From: Candidatus Bathyarchaeota archaeon
Lineage (GTDB): Archaea; Thermoproteota; Bathyarchaeia; Bathyarchaeales; Bathycorpusculaceae
Assembly (NCBI GenBank): GCA_963775465.1
Contig: CAVZIW010000001.1
Coordinates: 1-64,000 of the forward strand
Reading direction: 5' to 3'
DNA length: 64,000 nt
The notes under the pieces were generated by a model. That model was not told the origin of the DNA and did no database searches. It saw nothing but the letters and a program-made list of their open reading frames with translations. Positions 32,038 to 47,932 of this stretch are shown here, piece after piece. The position numbers and the translations under genes were made by a program. Numbering within the stretch: the first letter of the stretch is position 1; every line of letters starts with the position of its first letter.

Positions 32038-32179
32038 CTATTTGTCCATTTGCTTGGCACATAAATAAGTTGCAATGGGATTTAAAGGCTCACCTGAGAT
32101 AATCCTTACGAAAGCGCGCACACACGTACGCTCTTAAAGTCAAGCACTTATATTATAAATAATCGTTAGATGATAGAAA

Positions 32180-32857
32180 ATGGGGTTACTTAGCTCTATC
32201 ACGGTGCCGCTGCTTAGAACACAACCATTTGAAATGCAAGAACTTGATACACTTGCAGAGAATATGCAAGCAACTTCAATCCTTAAAAAAGATAGGCTCC
32301 ACCGCTATTACAAATCGAGTATTCTTCCCATCCCTTGCATAGCCTACTCTGACGCGCTGGTTTTTAACTCAAATTATTACCAAATGCTTTCGCCTGATGA
32401 GGTTCTTGCTATTGGCGCCCACGAATTTAATCACATGGCAAAAAGGCATATTGTAAAGAGGTTACCTCGAACGATTCTTCCTGCAGCAGTACTTGCCGTT
32501 TTGATAGGTTACCTGTTTTTTATTACCTCTGTCTCATTTCTGTTCATTGCATCAGCAGTGATTATGTCTTTCTTTTTCTTTTTGTTTTGTTCGTATTATG
32601 CTAACGCTGAATGGTTTAGAAAACAAGAAACTGAATCTGACCTTCGCGCTGTCGAGTTCGCTAATGGGGCTGCCATGATATCTGCGCTGTCGAGACTTCG
32701 TCCACAAAAAACAAGTTGGCTTTCTAAATTAATTCCACATATACATCCCACTATAGAACAAAGAATACGTAATATTCAAGCGGTTATGAACACTAAAAAT
32801 TCATTTAACTTTACTGTCACTTTTGGTGACAGCACTTCTAAGCAACAGACAAACTAA
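32180..32857 (+). CDS. M48 (HtpX-like) zinc metallopeptidase
   Basis: HEFNH, E.ESD..A, HP...RI, TM helices. Confidence 0.82.
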   Translation: MGLLSSITVPLLRTQPFEMQELDTLAENMQATSILKKDRLHRYYKSSILPIPCIAYSDALVFNSNYYQMLSPDEVLAIGAHEFNHMAKRHIVKRLPRTILPAAVLAVLIGYLFFITSVSFLFIASAVIMSFFFFLFCSYYANAEWFRKQETESDLRAVEFANGAAMISALSRLRPQKTSWLSKLIPHIHPTIEQRIRNIQAVMNTKNSFNFTVTFGDSTSKQQTN

Positions 32858-33077
32858 TTTGTTAGTGCTCCATTGTACGCTTCTGTTAATGTCGATGAAA
32901 TTATTTCGGTTTGTTTGCAAGATAAGCGTAATCTGTAGAGATCCAGTTCTTGCCCATCAGATTTTTGTCTTCAAGTAATGCGGTATTTTTGCGTGAGGGT
33001 GTTCAGTGTCAGACTTTTGTTAACCCTCAATTAGAAGGTTGACTCTAAACAATTATAATGGGTTTGAATCAGGAATT

Positions 33078-33184
33078 TGGTGCGGTCGCGGAGATTTGAA
33101 CCCGGGTCGTCAGCGTGGCAGGTTTGCACGTTCATAGGATAGCTAATAAACTTGATGTCCTAGACCAAACTGGACTACGACCGG
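33078..33184 (-). tRNA. tRNA-Gly(GCC)-like gene with an insertion of about 30 nt in the anticodon stem, probably degenerate
   Basis: D-arm GTCC-AGTTTGGTCTA-GGAC, loop CT-GCC-AC, GGTTCAAAT T-loop, encoded CCA; C1:C72 mismatch and an imperfect T-stem. Confidence 0.75.
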
Positions 33185-34687
33185 TCTGATGTTGTTTTGG
33201 GTTCCTAAGCCAACATTTTCGGAATAGCTTTGTTCGTCGGTTTTAGGTCTCTGGTCTAAGACATTCGTCAAATGCATTTTAAGTTTTATAATTTTATAAG
33301 TCTTCAGTTTTCGATAAAGTGCTACTTTATCTATGTCTTTAATCCATTCAAAGTCATCTTCGAGTAGTTCTATTTCTTGTTTCTTGGTTTTTGCTTCTTT
33401 GACTATGTATTTCTCTGTTGCGCCGTATCGTCGTGCTTTGCTCAGTTGTTTGTAGAGTAGTACATATCGCAATGAGTTGTGTCCGAGGAGGTACATGACG
33501 GCTTCAAAGTCTTTGTGGCTTAGGTCGTATTCTTCGGTTGCTCTCCAGTAGCGGAAAGTGTAGAAATCGATTTTTGTAAATTCAAGGTTGCCGAGTTTTT
33601 TGATTGCGCGCTTTCGCATCTTCCTAAAACTTTGGCCGCAGACGTGTTTGTTCTTGTAGTTGAAGATGAAGTTGGCTTTGGCATGGGGGAGTTCTTGTAG
33701 CATTTTGAGGAGTTTATCGGATATGGGCAGTATTCGTGGGTTGCATCCTTTTTCTGGATGCGAGATGTTTATCGTTTTGTTTGCGATGTCTATGTCTGTC
33801 CATTCGAGTCGGAATGCTTCGCCGGGTCTTGCTCCTGTTTCTTTTAGTGTTTGCATGAAGGTTGACAGTTGATTGCTGCCTGCTGAGGCTATCAGTTGAT
33901 CTAGAAATGCTTCTGGCGGCACGTATGGTAGGGGTCTTTTGAACTTGTATTTTGGTATGTCTGCTTTGATTTTGTGGTAGTTTAGGAATGCTTTGTAGGC
34001 TTTTGCTAGGTTATATTTTCGAATGTTTGTCTTGCTGTCTCCAAGCTGGCTCATTTTGTCTATGAAATTTTGGGGGTCGAATAGGTCGATGCCGAGTTTT
34101 ATGAGTGCTTGCAGGTTGTATCCATAAGCGTACAGGGTGTCTTCGGCGTAGTTTTGTCGTTTCAGATGCCAGATAAAGCTGATGACTGCACCTTTGAGGT
34201 CTTCTTTTTCGTGTTTTTGCGGAATGCAGATTGTTTTTTCTTCCGCACCCAAATTTTTCGTCTCCTTGACGCGTATTTGGCAATTAGAATCTATGTCACG
34301 TGGACTTTTTAATTCCATCGATTCAATCGTTTCAACTCGTTGCAACTTCTTGTTTGCTTCTTTGAGTTGCTTTGGATCGCTAAAGATGTATCCACATTCG
34401 CAGCACATCCAACGTTGAATTTCATAAAGATGCTTTTTCCAGTGACCTTGTTGCCAGACTTTGCCTTTACAACCTTTAGGGCAGCTTGGGACTTGGGAGC
34501 TAGTGCCAGCGGATTTTAGAAAAACCGACTTGCCTTTAGATTTTAGAACTGGCTTTTGTTCTTTGCCAAATACGATCCGTGGAGACGAATCAAACCGCAA
34601 GCCAACCCTCCCCTCACCTATCACTGATCTTATCTTGACTATCAGCAGCCTCATAAACTGCCAAATAAACCCCCAACTCCGCCACAA
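33143..34687 (-). CDS. Tyrosine recombinase/integrase with N-terminal zinc ribbon
   Basis: TGARPGE, EKG, YTFR (HxxR variant), LGH and a downstream Tyr; N-terminal CPKGC...CCECG; start uncertain. Confidence 0.9.
   Translation of the reverse strand: MWRSWGFIWQFMRLLIVKIRSVIGEGRVGLRFDSSPRIVFGKEQKPVLKSKGKSVFLKSAGTSSQVPSCPKGCKGKVWQQGHWKKHLYEIQRWMCCECGYIFSDPKQLKEANKKLQRVETIESMELKSPRDIDSNCQIRVKETKNLGAEEKTICIPQKHEKEDLKGAVISFIWHLKRQNYAEDTLYAYGYNLQALIKLGIDLFDPQNFIDKMSQLGDSKTNIRKYNLAKAYKAFLNYHKIKADIPKYKFKRPLPYVPPEAFLDQLIASAGSNQLSTFMQTLKETGARPGEAFRLEWTDIDIANKTINISHPEKGCNPRILPISDKLLKMLQELPHAKANFIFNYKNKHVCGQSFRKMRKRAIKKLGNLEFTKIDFYTFRYWRATEEYDLSHKDFEAVMYLLGHNSLRYVLLYKQLSKARRYGATEKYIVKEAKTKKQEIELLEDDFEWIKDIDKVALYRKLKTYKIIKLKMHLTNVLDQRPKTDEQSYSENVGLGTQNNIRPVVVQFGLGHQVY
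33161..33355. repeat. Left direct repeat (att-like)
   Basis: TAGACCAAAC...TTCAAAGTC identical to 56347-56541. Confidence 0.93.
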
Positions 34688-35301
34688 ACACTAACGCCCT
34701 AACCGTAGGATTCACCTTAACTTGCTCTCGACGACATGCCTCAGATCGCGCGATCGCTAATAAACAACCGAAATCAACCGTTTTATCGTTAGGAGAAATG
34801 ACGAGAGCCTTAAACAATTATGTTTAACCTCCTTCGACTTTATTATCAAAATCTATACTGTTTGTTTTCTTAATTTCGTCTTTTTCAAAACTGAGGTGAA
34901 ATGCTCCAAATCAGCAAGAATACAAAGGTATTCATGAATTTTTTCTACTTGTGAGACCCATCGTCATATTGCAGAATAGCGACGAGTCTTTGATAGTTTC
35001 AAAATGTTTTCCTTATGTAAACCAGCTTGGACTGTGCGGGCAATTCTTTGTAGCCTATCCTTTCTTGCTTTGCTCCATCTCTTCCAACCATGAATTTCAC
35101 CTTTTTTTGAGTGGGTATAATTGTGAGTGTATATGATCAAACATAGGTATTGTTTTTTTGTTTAGATAATAGTGTCTTTTCTTGTGAAAGCGTTTGTTTG
35201 TGTGTGTTGTAGTGTATGAGTCTATAGAGTGCAAAGAAGAAAGAAGAAAAACAAGACAAAATCACTAACACACTCATACACCTACACCTAAGTCTTGTTA
35301 G

Positions 35302-35470
35302 TCAAGAGACTCCCATTTTATCAGAAAATTTAGATTCAGCCAACTGTTTTCTTATTGCCTGTCTTATGAAACTACTTCGGCCAACTCCATTGAGATCTGC
35401 AATGTTGTCAATAAAATCAACAACTTCCTTTTCTTCTCTAAAAACAACCCATCTCTCTTTTCTTTTTCAT
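35302..35470 (-). CDS. Ribbon-helix-helix (CopG-like) protein with a one-base frameshift in the A-run after ATG
   Basis: KERWVVFREEKEVVDFIDNIADLNGVGRSSFIRQAIRKQL has the RHH strand-helix-G-helix pattern. Confidence 0.65.
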
Positions 35471-35636
35471 TGGAATTTCACATTGTATATGTAATTGCAA
35501 TGGCTGAGAATTGCTTTGCAGGTTTACATTTCTCACGTATTAAATTTATTAGGAAAGAATAACACTTAGAGAATTCTGAAGAAATGACAAGCAAAACCGC
35601 TAGCAAAAACGATTACTTAAGAAATCACGAGCAATA

Positions 35637-39999
<4,363 letters not shown>

Positions 40000-40692
40000 A
40001 TTATTATTTAGCCTTAGATTTCTTTAATATCGTTTTTAACTTAAGAGGTTTGCTAAATAACCAAACTTCAATTCATCAACAAACAAAAAACTTGACGGCA
40101 ACGAAAACTAACTTTAGAAAAAAAGCTGCATTAATAATCCTTAAGCATCTAACGACCTAATTTACGATTTCTGCAAAGACTAAGGGGCTTCTAGTTTTCT
40201 GCCGCACATTGGGCAGTCGACATGTACATGGTTTTGGTCTTTTAGGATCTGCGCTATTGATAGCTGGAGGTGGCAGTAAAAGCAGAAAAAGATCCTGCAC
40301 ACAGTGCAGTAGTAAACGCCGCCGCCAACCATCCTTCCGCACGCATCGCAAGGTCTAGAGCAACAAAAAATCCATAAAGAAAAAGGTGCGTTACTCTGAA
40401 ATTAAGGTAGATGTTAAACGACATCTACATACAGGAGAGAGATAGACAAAACTAACAATATGTTGGCGTTTCAAGTGCTTCTCTTTTCTCCCAAAATATT
40501 TTCCCCAGAATCTAATGAAACTAAAAAATGAGTGTATAAAACATTAACAAAATCATAAGAGTACTATGACACATCAGATTAATCGCTAGATTCTTTCTTC
40601 AACAGATTATTTTTCACAGTTGGCTATAAGAAAGTCTTAAAAACAAAATAAATTCATACTCTTTATCTGCCTAAAATTAGGCAGGAAAAATA

Positions 40693-43260
40693 ATGTTAAA
40701 AAAAGGATTTTTATCAATAGCAATTTTTCTGATAGTATCTATTGCGTCATCAACATTGCTTATACCAACTGCAACCGCTCACACACCTTCATGGGAAATC
40801 CCGACATTTGCATACATCAATGTGGCACCTGACCCAGTAGGGGTAGGTCAAGATGTGCTCGTGATTTTCTGGATTGACAAAACATTCGACGGAACAGCAA
40901 TAACCAACGACTACAGATTCCACAACTTTAAAGTGACTATTACAGCACCCAACGGCGATGTTGAAACGAAAACTGTTGACTACATCATGGACACAACCTC
41001 ATCTCAATTCATAAGTTACACTCCAACACAAGTAGGGACCTATACATTCGACTTCAACTTCCCAGGACAAGACTACAACACCTACAGTCACAATCCCAAT
41101 TCTGCATACGTTAACGACACATATCTGCCAAGTTCTGCATCAACAACATTAACGGTACAACAAGAACCTGTCTTAAAAGCACCCAACTACCCACTGCCAA
41201 CAGAGTACTGGACACGCCCAATAGAAGGACAAAATTCTGCCTGGTTCCAAATCGGCTCAAACTGGCTAGGAGGCTGGGGCTCAACCAACACCTATAACGT
41301 TCAACCCAACGGAATAGCACCCGAAACTCCACACATAATGTGGACAAAAGTACTGCAATATGGAGGAGTCGTCGGAGCTAACAACATAGGCGTAAACGGC
41401 TCAATGTACTATGCTGGAGAATCATACGAAGAACGATTCGCATACCCATTAATTATCCAAGGAACCTTGTTCTATCCACTTCCTCGAAGCAACTCAGCAC
41501 CAACAGGTCTTTCAGATTCCATAGGCGGCGGATACGTTGCAGTCGACCTAAGAACCGGTGAACAACTCTGGAAAAAAGATTTCGCGGTTAACCCAACTTT
41601 TGCTTCTTTAGAATGGTTTGACTCACCAAACCAACACGGAGTCATTCCCAACGGATACTTATGGGCAACCCAAGGCTCGACATGGATGGCAATTGACCCA
41701 ATAGACGGTGAAGGAATCTTTAACATCACCCATGTTCCAAGCGGAACAAGAGCATACGGTCCAAGCGGTGAAGTGCTACAGTACCAATTTGTGTCATCAG
41801 GTGCTTGGTTAGCTTTATGGAACCTTACCCAAGTCATCACTAACGGCGCAGTCGGCGCATTATCATTTACTGGTTATCGCCCAGTGGGACAAGAGCTTGA
41901 CTCGGCAACTCGTGACTCATACTCTTGGAACGTTTCAATATCTGGACTAGCAGGTTCAGGTTGGAGCATCCAAAGAGTCACTGACGACTTAGTACTAGTT
42001 ATGCGAGGCAACCTAGGAACATTCAGCAACCAAGGTGGAGCAACAATCGCTGCTATCAGTCTCGATTCGCATTCTACAGGGCAACTACTCTGGAGCAAAG
42101 AATACGCAGCGCCAGCCAACAACATCACTAGAATGCTCGGACCCGTTGATAGTGTAAACAGAGTTTTCACTATGGTCGATAAAGAAACGATGCAATGGTC
42201 AGGTTTCAGCTTAGATAATGGCAATCAGATTTGGGGTCCAGTTGGAGACTTCCGAGGATACCAATACTACAGCTCCAACATAGCAAGCTACAACGCAGGA
42301 TCCTACGCAGCAGCCTACGGTAAACTCTTTGTCTGCGGATTCGGTGGAATTACATACGCTTTTGACACTAAGAATGGAGAACTTTTATGGTCTTATGGCA
42401 ACGGTGGTGTTGGCAACTCAACAAACGACATGGGAGAAACGGCCTGGGGCAATCGCCCAACTTTCATAAGCAACATAGCTGACGGAAAAATCTACCTCTT
42501 CAACAACGAGCACTCAGCTAACTCACCTTATTATAAAGGGGCACTAGTAAGGTGTCTTAATTTCACAACAGGTGAGGAACTCTGGACACTTTCTTCCTGG
42601 GCAAGTGGTGGACCAACATTCTACTCTCAAGCTGGAGTAATTGCAGATGGTTTCTTAGCATACTTTAACACATATGATGGACAAGTCTACAGCGTTGGAA
42701 AAGGTCCAAGCAAAACCACTGTAGAAGCACCAATGGCTGCATTAACCCAAGGTCAATCACTGGTGATTCGCGGATCAGTTACCGACATCGCTGCAGGAAC
42801 AACTCAAAATGAGCAAAGCGCGCGATTCCCCAACGGAGTCCCCGCAGTTTCAGATGCAAGCATGAGTGACTGGATGGCGTATGTCTACATGCAAAAACCA
42901 CGCCCAACAAGCACAGAAGGTGTTCCTGTAACGTTAAGTGTTGTCGACACAAATGGCAACTACCGCGACATCGGAACCGCAACAACTGAAAATGGCTTCT
43001 TTAGCTATAATTGGACACCGGACATACCTGGCAAATACACTGTCTACGCTTCCTTCCAAGGATCAAAAGGTTACTGGCCATCAAATGCAATGAGCGCCTT
43101 CGCAGTTGACCCCGCACCCACAACACCCGTACCTACCGAAGTAACTCAAACAAACCTAGCAACCACTTCAGACGTGATGATGTTCTTAGCAGTCGGAGTT
43201 GTCGCTATAATCATTGCAGTAGCAGTAGCTACAGTTCTGATACTTAGGAAACGACCTTAA
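40693..43260 (+). CDS. Large PQQ-like beta-propeller surface protein
   Basis: Signal peptide, PVGVGQ Ig-like domain, repeated D.RTGE.LW / GELLW blades, GKGPS, C-terminal TM ending LRKRP. Confidence 0.85.
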   Translation: MLKKGFLSIAIFLIVSIASSTLLIPTATAHTPSWEIPTFAYINVAPDPVGVGQDVLVIFWIDKTFDGTAITNDYRFHNFKVTITAPNGDVETKTVDYIMDTTSSQFISYTPTQVGTYTFDFNFPGQDYNTYSHNPNSAYVNDTYLPSSASTTLTVQQEPVLKAPNYPLPTEYWTRPIEGQNSAWFQIGSNWLGGWGSTNTYNVQPNGIAPETPHIMWTKVLQYGGVVGANNIGVNGSMYYAGESYEERFAYPLIIQGTLFYPLPRSNSAPTGLSDSIGGGYVAVDLRTGEQLWKKDFAVNPTFASLEWFDSPNQHGVIPNGYLWATQGSTWMAIDPIDGEGIFNITHVPSGTRAYGPSGEVLQYQFVSSGAWLALWNLTQVITNGAVGALSFTGYRPVGQELDSATRDSYSWNVSISGLAGSGWSIQRVTDDLVLVMRGNLGTFSNQGGATIAAISLDSHSTGQLLWSKEYAAPANNITRMLGPVDSVNRVFTMVDKETMQWSGFSLDNGNQIWGPVGDFRGYQYYSSNIASYNAGSYAAAYGKLFVCGFGGITYAFDTKNGELLWSYGNGGVGNSTNDMGETAWGNRPTFISNIADGKIYLFNNEHSANSPYYKGALVRCLNFTTGEELWTLSSWASGGPTFYSQAGVIADGFLAYFNTYDGQVYSVGKGPSKTTVEAPMAALTQGQSLVIRGSVTDIAAGTTQNEQSARFPNGVPAVSDASMSDWMAYVYMQKPRPTSTEGVPVTLSVVDTNGNYRDIGTATTENGFFSYNWTPDIPGKYTVYASFQGSKGYWPSNAMSAFAVDPAPTTPVPTEVTQTNLATTSDVMMFLAVGVVAIIIAVAVATVLILRKRP

Positions 43261-43364
43261 AAACTGCAATGAAAAACAACAATCCTTCCCTTTTTTTGTT
43301 AAGAATGTCTGAGAGAAAAAAATGAGGCTAATGGAAGCAAATTTAAAACAATCAGAGGATAGAA

Positions 43365-43808
43365 ATGAAATCAATAGTGATATACTCTAGTAGAAGCGGT
43401 AACACACAAAAGATTGCGGCTGCAATTGCAGCTGAACTCTGCTGCGATTCAAAAAAAGTAACAAGAGCAAGCACAAACGATCAAATTGATTTAAACAAAT
43501 ATGACTTGATTTTTATCGGAACAGGTATCCATTACGGCAACCCAAATGAAGACTTGATGGCTTTCCTCAAAAACTGCGCTTTATCATCTCCAAAAAAGAT
43601 TGCCATTTTTGTTACTTGGGGCGGAGCAGGAAAAACTAATCAAGATGTAGTTGCCAAACTTAAGGCTGTCTTGGAGCCCAATGGTCAAAAGTCTATTGAA
43701 GATTGTTTCTTTTGTTATGGCGGTTGGAATTTTTTGAAACGTGGACACCCTAAGGCTGAAGAAGTTAAAGCTGCAAAAGATTGGGCAAAGAATACAGCTC
43801 AAATTTAA
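43365..43808 (+). CDS. Flavodoxin-like protein
   Basis: YSSRSGNTQKIA, YDLIFIGTG, FVTWG. Confidence 0.85.
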   Translation: MKSIVIYSSRSGNTQKIAAAIAAELCCDSKKVTRASTNDQIDLNKYDLIFIGTGIHYGNPNEDLMAFLKNCALSSPKKIAIFVTWGGAGKTNQDVVAKLKAVLEPNGQKSIEDCFFCYGGWNFLKRGHPKAEEVKAAKDWAKNTAQI

Positions 43809-43948
43809 TTAAATCGCTATTTTTCAAGAGTATAATTGCCTTTGCTACTTAAAGTAACATATACTGCGTATTCGAAGAGTGTTTAAAGAAAAAATTGAGA
43901 GTATAATGAATTTGTAGAAAAGTTTCTCAGAAAAAAAGAGCTGGGTGT

Positions 43949-44268
43949 TTATCTTGCCCAGCAGGGTCCGTAGCCATAACCATAGCCGTATCCATAGTTA
44001 CTAGCTAGGGTTGATAGGGCGCAGGCGCTGGAGCTGATCCGTCTGTTGGCGCTGGAGGAGCTACATATTGGCCGGCGTATGCTTGGTTTGTTGCGTATCC
44101 GAAGCAGTTGCCTAGCCATCCCCAGAAGCCGTTGTTGGGTGCAGCTTGGTTGGGGCTTGAAGTTGTGTATGGTTGGTTTGCGATCATTTGGGCTGAAGCT
44201 AACCCCACTGCGACCAGGGTTAGTGCTGCGACTGCGATTAAGGCTATTGCGATTTTTGTTTTTTGCAT
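43949..44268 (-). CDS. Small secreted Gly/Tyr-rich protein with a frameshift near 44005; paralogue of 60751-61068
   Basis: Near-identical N-terminus; the GYGYGPCWAR* tail is present in another frame. Confidence 0.65.
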
Positions 44269-44475
44269 TTTTTTATCACCATATTAGTATATGTGCATAA
44301 AGGCTTATAGTAGTTGCCTGAAACAAAACTGAAACAGACATGAAACAGAGCAAATCAACAATCTCCTGCCTAAATTCAAGACCCTATTGGTTAACACTTT
44401 CATTTACCAGTGCACTTCACACAAAATACTCATCAACATTCGATTAATTAGACACCAATTCAAAAGAGCTCAAGG

Positions 44476-44655
44476 ATGAGTTAGTTGTGTAACGATTGTG
44501 CTTTTAGGACGTGTGATTCCTGTGGAGAATAGATTGCAACGTTCTGCTGTGACAACTGCAAAATTCGACTATGCTACAAATGCAACCTTAACATGGCAAT
44601 TAGAGGGCTAAAGAAGAGTGGGGAATGCCCCATGTGCAAAGAAAAACTACACTAA
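44476..44655 (+). pseudogene. Multi-CxxC zinc-finger ORF with two in-frame TAG codons
   Basis: MS*LCNDCAFRTCDSCGE*IATFCCDNCKIRLCYKC...ECPMCKEKLH*. Confidence 0.5.
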
Positions 44656-45015
44656 GTCTCTACATTGATTATTTTGCCAAACATATGTATCGCATTTAAA
44701 GAGTGTTCTTTTTTTCAGATAAAATGAAGAGTAAGTAAAAGCTGCGAAGTTAGCCTCAACTCCTTGTAGCGCCCGCTGTTCTTTGGATTTGGTCAATCGT
44801 TCCAGAAAAATCTAAGAAATTTCTAACTCTTGCGAATGCTAGAATATCGCAAGCATCAATTACTTTGATAAGCATTTCCAATCGATTGAACCTTCTTGGA
44901 GGTTTATTTATTGGTGACAACACCACTTTTTGGCAAAATTTAAATGCATTTCACAAAATAAGTGGAACTGTGCGAAATACAAGCGCACCATTAAAATTTG
45001 GAGAAAATAAAAAAT

Positions 45016-47773
45016 ATGCAAAAAAACAAAACTCTTTCAATTATTATTTGCTTAATTCTTGCAATATCAATGACAGTATCTCTCAGTGCTTTAGAAACTA
45101 CTGATGCATACAATACAGCAACGCAAACAGCCATTGATCAAGGCATGCACTGGGCAGGCATGAGTTCAGACGCTTCTGCTACCCGATTACTTCTTTGGAG
45201 TAGATTCCAAGACAACATTCCAACCCACGTCTACATAATGATCGCACCAAACCCAGTGGGTATCGGTCAACAATTCAACGTCGTTATGTTCAACCCACAG
45301 GTACCGCCAAGCGCATCATTAGGCAATGATATTCGATATTACTTCAAACTCGACATTACCAAGCCAGACGGATCTACAGAAACACTTCCCCCATCAGGTT
45401 CAAGTGGAGGAAGCATTTCAACAGGCGGAGTTGTAGGTGGCAAATTCGTCTCTGACTCAACAGGTTCAGCTTACACTGCATATACACCAGACCAAACAGG
45501 AAACTACACTTTTACAGTTACTTTCTTTGAGCTAAACTATAACTGGAACTCATCAACTGGTGGTAGCAACGACTACTACGGAACAACTTTCCTTGAAAGT
45601 ACTTTCACATCGACGGTTAATGTGCAACAAGAGCCCACTAATCTGATAGGATTGCCCAATATTCAGGCTTTACCGACTGAATACTGGACGCGGCCAATCG
45701 ATGGTCAAAACACAGACTGGTACCAAATCTCATCAAACTGGCTAGGCAACTCTCATGATCGTGACAACGGTGGAATTGAGAACCGCTATCAAGCTGACGG
45801 AACTGCGCCTAACAGCCCACACATTCTCTGGACCAAACCGACGGAAGACAATGGAGTTGTTGGAGGCTCAGACCTTTCACGCGCTGGCAACACTTTCAAT
45901 GCAGGATCACAGTATCAACCTCGATTCATGAACCAGATCATAATGTACGGTCGACTCTACTATTCACCAAACGTTTTCACTTTAGGTGCAAGTGATTTTA
46001 TGGATTGTGTTGATTTGAAGACTGGCGAGCTTCTTTATGAAGTTAACACTACAGAAATAGTCGGTGCACAATTCCAAAATTGGGCGTACTCCATAATGAG
46101 TTCGCCAACGAACTATTGGTTTGGTTACTACTACAGCCAAGATGATCCTAATGAGCATGGCATTCAAAACCCTGGATGGATATTCACCTATAACTATCAG
46201 AAGGCTATTCAACCTCAACGCGGAATTGCTTCGCCTTGGACCATCACAAATGTTCCCTCTTCAGGCGCATTTGAAATACCTGGTCCCGCAGGTGAAAACC
46301 TACGTTTGGTCTTTACTAATACAGGTAGTTCTTCAAACCCCGCCTATTATCTAGCGCAATGGAACTCTTCGAGAGTCATTCCGATGATAGCTGCAGCAGC
46401 TGACCCACGTGTTCAAACTATAGATGCTGGTTTACCTTCACGCTACGACTGGAACATTTCTTCCCCAATTCAATTCAGCAATACGCCAACCATCAGAGCA
46501 GCAAAAGTAGGTGACATGCTCTGGGGAAGTAATGGTACCTGGCCCATGGGTTCAGGTAGTCCATCATATGCATTCCCTGATGAAACAACTATTTGGGCAA
46601 TTAGCTTGAAACCTGAAAGTTTAGGTCACTTGATTTACATGAAGAACATTGACATCGATAATGCAATAGAAAACACCAACTATATCTATGAACACGCATC
46701 AGTAGATGAAAATGTATTTGTAGCTTTGGAAGTTCCAATCTGCAAATTCCACGTTTACGACATGAGCACTGGCAACGAATTGTTCTCAACAGACGCTCAA
46801 GCAGACATTAACCCCTACGGGTACTTTACGTGGCCAAGTCTAATTTCTGTGACTCAGACTAAGCTTGCTTATGGTATGTTGTACACTGGCGGTTACACTG
46901 GAATGATTTCTGCTTACAATTTGACGACTGGTGATCTTCAATGGAGATACATAGCTCCCTCTGGAGGCGAGAAGATTCTTAATTATGTCTTGATGGAAGG
47001 TCTTATTTGCGATGGCAAGATCTACGTGGGAACGCATGAGCATTCAGCTGACACACCTTTGTATAAAGGAGAACGCGTAAGATGCCTTAATGCTACTACA
47101 GGTGACGAAATATGGACAATGACGGGATGGGCTTATCCTGAATCCTTCGCTACTGCTGATGGCGTTTTGGTATACTGGAACAACTATGATGCACAAATCT
47201 ACGCATTAGGCAAAGGTCCAAGCTCTACAACTGTTACGGCTTCACCTAAAGTTTCAGCATTGGGCAGCAGCGTACTGATCGAAGGAACAGTTATGGATCT
47301 TTCTTGCAGGTACACAGCAAAATGAGCAAGCAGCACGCTTCCCATACGGTGTTCCAGCAGTCTCTGATGATAGTCAATCGCAGTATATGGAATATGTCTA
47401 CATGCAGAAAGGCAAACCAAACAACACAACAGGCGTTGACGTTACACTTAGCGTTATTGACTCGAACGGCAACTACCGTGAAATCGGAACAACAAATGAC
47501 AATGCTGACGGTTTCTTTAGCTATGATTGGATGCCTGACATAGAAGGAAAGTACACTGTATACGCAGCCTTTAGGGTTCTCGTATTCTGGCCGTCACATT
47601 CCGTAACTGCCTTTAACGTGGATCCAGCTATTACTACTCCGGCACCGACATCTGCTACTCAGACAAACCTTGCAACAACAACAGACGTAATGATGTTCTT
47701 GGCAGTCGGAGTCGTCGCCATAATAATTGCAATAGCCATAGCCACTGTTCTACTACTTAGGAAAAGACCATAA
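45016..47773 (+). CDS. Second PQQ-like beta-propeller surface protein with a frameshift at about 47304
   Basis: LPTEYWTRPI, HEHSA..P.YKG, GKGPS shared with the 40693 paralogue; removing one T restores DLSAGTQQNEQAARFP and joins the 47387 ORF. Confidence 0.82.
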
Positions 47774-47932
47774 AAACAACAATCAAAAAACAAACAATCT
47801 TTCCCTTTTTTTTAATATTCATGTGAAAAAATTCAGCTCGAGGGCTCTGGGTCAAAATCACAATACAATAGCCATAGTGAGTTAGGCTATTCATTTCTCC
47901 TTTAACCTAAATATCCAGAGCCTCAGCAAACC

